A DNA stretch of 64,000 nucleotides from Takakia lepidozioides (taxonomy: Eukaryota; Plantae; Bryophyta), in assembly GCA_030704615.1 (NCBI GenBank), contig CM060731.1, positions 79,794,001 to 79,858,000 of the forward strand, in the 5' to 3' direction. Under the pieces are notes generated by a model. The model saw only the letters and a program-made list of their open reading frames with translations, was not told where the DNA came from and searched no databases. Below, in pieces: positions 7,825 through 15,667 of this stretch. Both the position numbers and the translations under genes were made by a program. Position 1 is the first letter of the stretch, and each line of letters starts with the position of its first letter.

Positions 7825-10496
7825 CTCTCCAGGCCACTAACTGCAGCTGTGAAGGCGGCTAGTGTTGGCATCTTGCCCCGCTGAGCAGCTGCAATACCCC
7901 CAATGAATGTCACAGGGAGCTGTGCACGGCGACCATCCCCTGACTGCCATCCAGGCCTGTAGGATGCTGACTCCTCCCAGAAATCCAGGGTGAAGCCCAT
8001 GGGGTATAACACTGCCCCACCAACGAGGACATCGTAAGAGACCGCGTCTGTCACAATGGCCTTGGCTCGCATCACTGAGCCATCTACAGGATGATCCGGC
8101 TGCAGTCTAATAGCCAACTGATGCCGTGTCATGCCGCGAGCCTGCTCTGATCCTCCCAGAGATGTCTGTATCTGGAAAGGACAAGGCTCCATATCCGCCT
8201 CCATGAGGCCCAAACCTGCAATAGCAGCTCTGCCCAACATCAGTGGCTGAGCTCCTGAGTCCAACAAGACCCGCAGTGGCCGGTACTTCTTGCCTGCCGG
8301 TCCACTCAAAGTGAAAATGCCTCCCTGGTTGTCTAACAAGACAACTCCAGGTGTCACCATGGCGCGCTCAAAGGCTGGCCTAGCTGGCAGCTCCGTCAAT
8401 CTGGCAGCTGCAGCTTGCCAGGGCGCTGCCGTGGCAGTCTTGACCCTCAAATCCGAGGATCCCTCTGCCACTACACCTTCCACTAACTCCGCAGAAGATG
8501 AAGTGACCTCTCCACTCTCACAGAGTGTTGCTGCTAGTCTGAACACTGCAGCTGGTCTCACTCCCGGCGTCGCAATCATGGTTGCCGAGAACAGTGGGGC
8601 TTGACACACAGAGGTGGCTGCTCCCAATAACACACCGGCTGCACTAGCCTTGGTAGCAGGTGTCAGTGCTGCACGTGTAGCTCTTCCCAATGGCATAGTA
8701 ACCTCCGCCTCGGTAACAGTCGGGCGAGAACTAGGTGCCATGGATGGCGTTGACACTGTCTCCGCCAAGGTGAATGACTGAGGCAGCCTTGCCTGACGGC
8801 TTGCCTCCCCACGTTGTGGATCCAACTCCACCTCTGCACCTCGTGGCTCAGGAACTCGTGTTGCTCCTCGAGTCACGGCTGCAGCAGACTCCACCTGCTC
8901 TAATGGTAGTGCTGCTCCGCACATGAATCCCATTCCGCCCATATCTCCTCCCTCAGGAGCAGGAGGTGGGCCATCCCGCCTGGGAGCCGGTACCGCCTGA
9001 GCTATAGCCATGGCAGCGAGCCTCTGCTCTAGCTGCTGAAGCCGATTGGCCATGCCTTGGTCAACACCCTGACCTCCGCGTCCTTGGCCATGTGGAGGTT
9101 GCCCTTGGCCTGCACCTCGTGCCCGACCACCTCGTCCTCTTTGGGCTGGTCCACCTCGCCCCCGGCCACCATTGTTCCCTTGGAACTGGCCTGGGCGCAA
9201 CTCAGGATGCAAGTCATAACACTGGGCATCTCCATGCCCATACTTGCCACAATGCCCACACTGCAACTGTGCAGGCTGTGCTTGTGCCGGCCTTCTGCCA
9301 CTCTCTGGGCAATCTCTCTTGACATGGGGTCCTCCACATGTCCAACATATCACCCCTGGTTGCTGTTGGCCTGCAAAAGATGCCACGGGCCTCTGCACCT
9401 GAGGTCCCCTGTAAGCTCCATGGAACTTGGGCTGGGCAACCTTGCCCCCCTGACCACGCTGTTGGGCAGTCCCTTGTGCTTGTGGGCTGACAGCTGTGCC
9501 CCGTACAGGCATGTCCTTGCCAAATCCAATTGTAACAACTCGCTCCTCCACCATGTTGAGCTCAATCCGCTCAGCCAGCAGAAACACATCTGCTAATGTG
9601 GGTTGGGCTGCTTGTAACAGGGTTGCATCCGCACCCTTCTCCTGAGCTCCTTGTCCAAAATTCCATACCAAACTGGATTGCCTGAGCTTCAGTAACCCCT
9701 TGGGTCACACTTATCAAGCGCCTCATACGAGTGTACGCCTCTCGCAGGCTCTCACTGGGTTTGCGCTGGAAGTCTTGCAAACTTCGCAGCTTCTCTGTCC
9801 GTACACCTTGGTAGTTCCTCCGCAACTCCTGGAAGAACTCCACCACCGGGTTGAATCTAGGCAATTGTGTTGTAGTCGTGGCAGGAGAAGCACCTTTTGA
9901 ACTGGTACCACCTTCAGAAGTACCAGCACTACTTGCTCCACTACTAGTGCTGGCAGTGGGAGCTATTGGTACTGATGCAGCTACTGGTCGCGTCGTGCCT
10001 CGAGTAATGGAGACGTAGTCAGGTGACCAATACATCCTCCACTCCTCAATCTCTGCTTCATGTCCTCGCCTGAACTCGTGGTAATCGTCCATAGGCGGGC
10101 CTTCCAAATGCTGGAACAGTCCCTTCCACGCCATGAATGGGGTGAATAGCTGTGGATTGCGCATCTGCTGCAAATCACACCAGCTGTCGAACTCCTGGAT
10201 AAAGTCATCCAACTCGATTGTGCCCACAGCTCCAGAGTACCTACGAGGCCCCTTGGTAGCTCCATACATCACCTCCATGTCGTCCCACAACAATGGCGAA
10301 TGAAAGTGCACACCTGTTGATGAAGCCTCCGAGTCTGTGTCTGACGCTCTACAGTAGTTGAGGGTGGCGGTGAAGGTGGTCTGAACCGAATACCTCGTCT
10401 TGTGACCCCACTCTCACTGTCACTGCTTGTAGCCGTACTCCCCTCAAAACCCTTGGGTAACTCCGTAATGACACTCACAATGTGCACCTCCTCCAC
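7659..10496 (-). pseudogene. gag (capsid-like region + two zinc knuckles) and aspartic protease, frameshifted
   Basis: LDDFIQEFDSWC...QKPSESLREAYTRM-type gag; CWTCGGPHVKRDC and CGHCGKYGHGDAQC; protease LRVLLDSGAQ...DVLVG. Pieces in ORFs 10269-10496, 9571-10311 and 7659-9671 join after small indels (QF-WYGILDKELRRRVR-DATL). Confidence 0.88.
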
Positions 10497-11015
10497 GTGA
10501 CACTATAAGGCTCTAGTACTAATCTAATAGTGACACGGGTGGGCACCTGTTGCAGTCTAAGGGTCATATCCCAATGGCTCAGGGCACCTGCACCTGCATC
10601 CACCGCAAGAACTCCTATGGTTGGCTGGTCATCAACCCAGCCTCACCATAGAAGAAACACTGGTGGTCTTGCTGGTCATCACTCCAGCCTCACCACCGAC
10701 AGCATACTCTAGGATTGACCGGTGATCAAATCCGGCCTAATCCCTATGAAAGCAAGCGCCCACACAAAACCAACATGGCGCACAGTCAAGCATGCAGGTG
10801 TTGGGGGGGATCCAAACACAAGAAATCAAAACATCAACACCCCCACACCAAAATCCAGCAGCAACGCTGATCCTGCAGAATATCCCAGCCCAAAACCCCG
10901 GACTGACTGGCCTCCACCAAGAGAGGCTTTGGCAACTACAAGTACAAGGTAATGAAAATAGTACAGAGATGGAGGGGAAGAATAGAAGCCCGCCCAAGCA
11001 AGATCTAATCCTGAT

Positions 11016-11765
11016 CTATGCTATCAACTTCCAGACTTCTCTCAAAGTGCCTCGCTCTGCTTGATGGTAAGGTGTAGGAGGTATATCTATGTCCAGAAAC
11101 CTGCCACTAACCTTGTCCCAAGCTACAGTAGCTCGCTCTAACCAACCCTCCTCCTCTTTCTGCCAGGTAGAGACAAAGCAACACTCTGCTATCTCCCGCT
11201 CACTGAACACTAAAGAAAACAAAGGTAGGGTCTGATAGTCTCTCAACTCGAAAGCTTTGAGACGATTGCGGGTGTCTTCATTGCGAATGACTGCATCGCC
11301 TTCAAACAGAACAAACTTGTCCTCGCTAATGAACCCCCGCTCGTGGTTGCCTTGTGCAGAGCGTGTCCGACTGCAACACTGTCTAATTGCACAAACTTGT
11401 GCAGCTCCTGCTCCTCTGCTCCAGTACACCACGGCCTTGTGGCTGAACACCTTGGTCCCCGGGGCTGTCTTTGGCTGTGTTCCAAGCCTAGCTTTCACCC
11501 ACTTTGGTATTTCACCTACAGCTGCAGAACTGCTGGCTCCAACAGAGTTCTGACTGTCCAAGGCGATATTGAGGCCCTCAATGCCAACTACAGCAGTCTG
11601 TTGTCTACTGCTAATGCCTGACTCCCAGTATGCAATCAACTCGTCCAACTGTTCTCCACTCAAATCAGTCTGAGTTCCTTGGGAAACATAAATCGTGTCC
11701 CCTTGTGTGCACAGACTAAGAGAAGAGACCTGCCCTTCAATTACGTCCTCATTTCCCCCAGCCAT
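11016..11765 (-). CDS. Extra ORF upstream of gag inside the element, unknown function (249 aa)
   Basis: ATG-initiated intact 249-aa ORF on the same strand as gag-pol; no motif recognised. Confidence 0.55.
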   Translation of the reverse strand: MAGGNEDVIEGQVSSLSLCTQGDTIYVSQGTQTDLSGEQLDELIAYWESGISSRQQTAVVGIEGLNIALDSQNSVGASSSAAVGEIPKWVKARLGTQPKTAPGTKVFSHKAVVYWSRGAGAAQVCAIRQCCSRTRSAQGNHERGFISEDKFVLFEGDAVIRNEDTRNRLKAFELRDYQTLPLFSLVFSEREIAECCFVSTWQKEEEGWLERATVAWDKVSGRFLDIDIPPTPYHQAERGTLREVWKLIA

Positions 11766-12332
11766 GCATGGAGTACATCCACCAATTTGTCTCTCATATA
11801 GACCAGCACAGGTTCTAGAGACAGGATTGTGGATCTTTCATGGCACTCTCACACTCTAAAAATTCCATAGATTTTTAGCAGAGTCCCAAAAACGAAAACC
11901 AGGTTTAGATAGGTAGATTTCCCCTTTCTGCAGCTATCCCCCCAAAAACTGGGTCAAACAGAGTCCATTTGACAAAGATATGACCAATTAGGCTCTAAAT
12001 CCTTTAAATTAGATCAAAAGATTTTTATTTTATTTTTTTTAACACCCAAACGTTCTCGTCATTACAACCTGTTCCCAGGTTATCTACGGGTTCCCGAGGC
12101 CGTTCCCCGACTATGCTGACTCCGGGTCTTTGCTCTCACGGGACTTCATGTTCGTCATTGCCCAGGGAGAGAAGCAAGACGGACGCAGACGAGGGCAGCG
12201 ATGGCCAAGCCTGCGCGAGCAAGCAGGAACAAGGAGGTGGTGTGGGGTGTTGGCCGATTCGGCCGATCAAAGGGTTGCGCATGAGCAGCTTGCATGCTCG
12301 TCAATCTCCAAAGCCATGCAGCAGAGATGCCT

Positions 12333-12400
12333 GCTCCTGGTTCTGCTCCGTCAGCTCCTACCAGCTCCTGGTTCTGCTCAGTCAGCTCCTACCAGCTCCT
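12333..12400. repeat. 31-bp tandem repeat, ~2.2 copies
   Basis: gctcctggttctgctc(c/a)gtcagctcctacca at 12333 and 12364. Confidence 0.85.
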
Positions 12401-12487
12401 TGCTCTTAAAGGTTGTCCACTCAACCTCTCTCAAGCTGAGCGACCTAGAGACTACAAACAACATGCTTCGGCATCTCTCGGGAATCC

Positions 12488-12832
12488 ATGGCGCATGCGT
12501 TGCTTGTGAAGCCTTTGGTTCTGGTTAGTCCCAGGATTTGCAGCTCAATTCAGCACCAGCTCCGACAAACCGCCTTCTTGCCTCTCCCTCTGAGATCTGC
12601 AAGGACGAAATGTGTCGCTTCCAAACCATCAGCAAGCTTGACTTCTGAAGGATTCTGGACTCCTTCATCCAGTGACAGTCACCAAGTCTGGTTCATGAGG
12701 AGTGATCTGGAGTTACCCACCTCAGCTTATGCTTATGAGGGGCCAATTGCTCAGGGAGGGCAGGGCCCATCACCCATGTTGGCTGAGCGATTCCAAAGCG
12801 TGATCACTCAGCTTTTTCAACAACGAATCATT
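12488..12832 (+). pseudogene. ClpP5: Captured 5' fragment of nuclear-encoded plastid Clp protease subunit ClpP5 (transit peptide to start of the protease domain), antisense to the element
   Basis: MAHA...FWTPSSSDSHQVWFMRSDLELPTSAY...QGGQGPSPMLAERFQSVITQLFQQRII matches my recollection of the ClpP5 N-terminus (LWTP...VWSIRDDLQVPSSPY...QGQGPPPMVQERFQSIISQLFQYRII); similarity stops abruptly. Confidence 0.8.
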
Positions 12833-12919
12833 ATACCTTGGCTGGCCGATACTGCCCGTTCCAACTGGAGTCGGCATTTTGTGTCTTCACAAAACCAAAC
12901 AAAACCAAACTGCAGGAAT

Positions 12920-13590
12920 TCGCGATTGCCTCAGTAAAGTGGAACTCAATCTGCAGCCGCTGGTGCAATGGGACCTTGCCAAGCAGCCCCTTCTTGATGT
13001 CAATCTGCAGCTCGCGCAAAGGAAGCGCAGCAAGAAAAACTCCTTCACAAATTGACGGCAGGCACCTCTTCCAACATGCACCACCTCAGCAGCAGCAAGG
13101 TCCAAGCCATTGGGTTTTTCATCAAAGGCGACAAGTGCAGTTACTGGGGAAATCTGCTCACCCTCAGCCTGCAGGTCCCCCTTTCTATATCAATTGCTCA
13201 TACAACCCTTCTTAGAACCCTGTGTAGGAGCTTTCCGGATGTTTTTCCCTGCAGCCATGACGGACACTGTGAACGGGAGCTTGGCCTTCAACGCTACTGC
13301 CTGTTTGCGCTTCGAACATACGATTGTGATCTGCCCACCAAGCCAAGGTGTCTGCCACCGTACTCCCCCGCTGCACGGATGGCATGCAGCTCAGTCTTTC
13401 AACCCGTTTTCTTTTGGTGGAATTCTGGCTCAAGCGGGGAGCTATTTCTGGAGCTCGTGTTTACCACCCTCCTACAACTGGCAACGAGAGAAACCCTACC
13501 AGCTGCTATACGACAGTGGTTTCAGGACCTTCGTCCAAGTAGCTATGGATCCTTTATCCTGCACAGCCTTTCGACAAGATCATTGTGATC
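12920..13590 (+). pseudogene. Possible second captured fragment, degenerate F-box-type gene
   Basis: SRLP...KWNSICSRW...TLPSSPFL resembles the end of an F-box motif, and IVICPPSQGVCHRTPPL resembles the VxNPxT...LPP motif of F-box-associated domains; frameshifted and weak. Confidence 0.3.
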
Positions 13591-13928
13591 GAGGTCTGTC
13601 CTCAGAACCTCGCACTCGAACTAGATCGCAGCTTGCTTCTGCAGGTAGCTTGCAAGCGTGGAATCCCGTCTTCCCCTTTCAATCATAGGTTATGGTGAAC
13701 ACATTCTTCTGCTCCCCCCCCCAAATCAACTTCCTCCAAAATACATCGCTCCTGTGCAACAACAACAAAACGGAAAACACTTCTTGGACGAGCTTGGTAT
13801 GGCTTATAACGAGTTGGAGAACCACGTTGTCATCAAGCATGCCGCTCTCTTCACCTTGACCATCGACATAGTGCTAACATAAAAGAACTCTATCTAGCTT
13901 AGCACTACAAGAAAACTAGATACAGCCA

Positions 13929-13940
13929 ATCTCTCTCGAG
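13929..13940 (-). promoter_or_regulatory. Non-tRNA primer-binding-like site, complementary to a segment of repeat A
   Basis: atctctctcgagt (13929-13941) is the exact reverse complement of actcgagagagat (14129-14141); there is no TGG-initiated tRNA PBS next to repeat A. Confidence 0.7.
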
Positions 13941-14296
13941 TGATAAGAAAGCTAAAAGGACAAACACTCTCAACACAAGAAATATGCAATCCCTCAACAT
14001 CACTCTTTAAGATAATAGTCGAGCCAGGGGCACCCCAAGCTATGGGGACTCCACCCCACAACAACCTACACTCCCATCATAAGCACACTCAGATCTGAAG
14101 AATGCAGGAGCTCGGTCGCGCAGGCTCAACTCGAGAGAGATGAGCTGCGCGACTGCCGCTCTCGTGAAGATAAGACAGACCAGGTGTCAAAACTAAACTT
14201 GACACCTGATTTAACACTTGACCTAAATCCAAGTGTTAAATACAAATAACTAGTTTTATTCTAGCTGTTTTCACACTGTGCTTATTTAACTTGACA
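13941..14296 (-). repeat. Repeat A, 5' terminal copy (356 bp)
   Basis: 355/356 identical by eye to 2466-2821; followed by the TSD AAGC. Confidence 0.95.
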
Positions 14297-14300
14297 AAGC

Positions 14301-15071
14301 CATGAATTTCTTGAACACTGCCTGGTGTGCTACCCCAGGCAAAAAGAGTTTGGTTCTTGGTGATAAGATTCTACTCTAATTGGGAAGCTCTTCTAGTTCT
14401 CTCCCTCTCCTCCCTCTCCTCCCTCTTACTTCTTAATATTAGACATGGCAGACCTATGCTTAGGTGCGTCGTGTGGGGATGTCTGAGAGCTCATACCCTC
14501 TAGTCTATTTGGAAGTCAAGATGTGCTTGGATCTTCCAGGGTAAACCCCCAGTCTCAGATTTATGTTGTTTCACATCTATGTTGATCTAGGGGAGGAAGA
14601 CTTGGGTCAGTGTGGAACTCTTCCCCGAGCTTCAGATCGACGCAAGATGCAACTTTTCCAAGAGTTTGATCTCACCTGGGGCAAGAATGGCCTCCTCGGC
14701 ACTCGTGTTTCCAACCCTTCCGTTCAGTGGAAAGACTCCGTCCCCCCTCAATGGGAAATCCCCGGCTGAAGACGAGGATGTAGACTTTAAGCGACGCCAC
14801 AAACGTACGTGATTCTAAGTTGAAAACACAACTTAAGTTTTAGTACTCCAGCCGTTGGTAGGAGGCCTCCTCTGTCGGACTCGGATACAATCCAGCTACT
14901 GCTCCTCCCCATCTTTTGCCTCCCAAGTCACCTCTATGTTTTCCCTGCTGTAAGCCTTTACTGGCCCTGAGTGGTTATTTTTTCCACTTTGCTTAAATAC
15001 ATTTCCAGGGCCTCTGTCTCCATGTTCTCTTGAAACACTCTTTTCCCTGTTTTATTAAAAAAAAGAAAAAA
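14301..15071 (+). mobile_element. LINE (L1-like) 3' remnant, right piece, ending in an A-rich tail
   Basis: Zinc-finger continuation HEFLEHCL...QAKRVW, C-terminal ...FQEFDLTWGKNGLLG...W, then TTTATTAAAAAAAAGAAAAAA at ~15051-15071. Confidence 0.6.
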
Positions 15072-15667
15072 GTGCATGTGTATCTAGTAAGCGCTCTTAG
15101 TTCAGCTTGGTAGAACACACGTCTCATGTAGCCTAGGATGACCTTCAACTGTTCATCCCTCTAGATGAACGGGGCTAGGTAGATAGAGGCTATTGTATCA
15201 GGGTGGGCCCAGGTTTTGGGCAAAAGTGCAAAAACAGCCCTCGTCGATTAAGGGTTAAAAGGCTAAAAGTCAATATATCAATATGCAACTTCTCTTTCGT
15301 TTGCGTTTTCTGAACGTGAACAGTTCTCCCAATGATGTGGACTCTGGTCCTTGGACGGTTGTAATCAAAATCTAGACTGCTTGTCATTGTGGAGAATTGT
15401 CGTTTCTAGCTGACATGCTGTTCTTGATGAGTTTTATTCGTTTCTTCCCCTCGTCACTCTCGGATCCATAGTGCTGAGAGTGGACGTCTGATTTGAATTT
15501 TGTGGTATCTCTTTTGACCTATCGAATATAAAAGAAATTATGCTGGTAGCATACTCCAAGAAGCCCTGGTCGGTACCATATGCAACTGTTTGGAAATTTT
15601 TGTAGCTTAGCGAGCCAACAGGTGTTTGTTGGTGGAAACCCTAATCTGGACTGGTTAGGAGCGCAAG

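Larger units (their letters stand above)
2380..14296 (-). mobile_element. 11,917-bp Ty3/Gypsy-type retrotransposon with DNMT3-like methyltransferase, PHD-finger integrase and split direct repeats (A...B-A-B)
   Basis: Starts TG (2380), ends CA (14296), flanked by AAGC/AAGC (2376-2379, 14297-14300). Removing it restores a LINE zinc-finger reading frame. Contains gag, protease, C5-MTase, RT, RNase H, HHCC-DDE integrase and PHD domains. Confidence 0.93.

Noticed and set aside
234-9596. Many 60-180-aa plus-strand ORFs overlapping the minus-strand gag/pol
   Set aside because: Antisense shadows of GC-rich coding sequence with no recognisable motifs.
2466-14296. Treating repeat A alone as a conventional LTR pair
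   Set aside because: No TSD flanks 2466/14296 (cacaa vs aagcc), the PPT abuts B rather than A, and only the 2380-14296 boundaries restore the LINE reading frame.
2380-14296. DIRS/PAT/Ngaro tyrosine-recombinase element
   Set aside because: Despite the split repeats and methyltransferase, pol has Gypsy RT/RNase H and an HHCC-DDE integrase. The MTase is C5-type rather than adenine-type, there is a TSD, and I found no recombinase motif.
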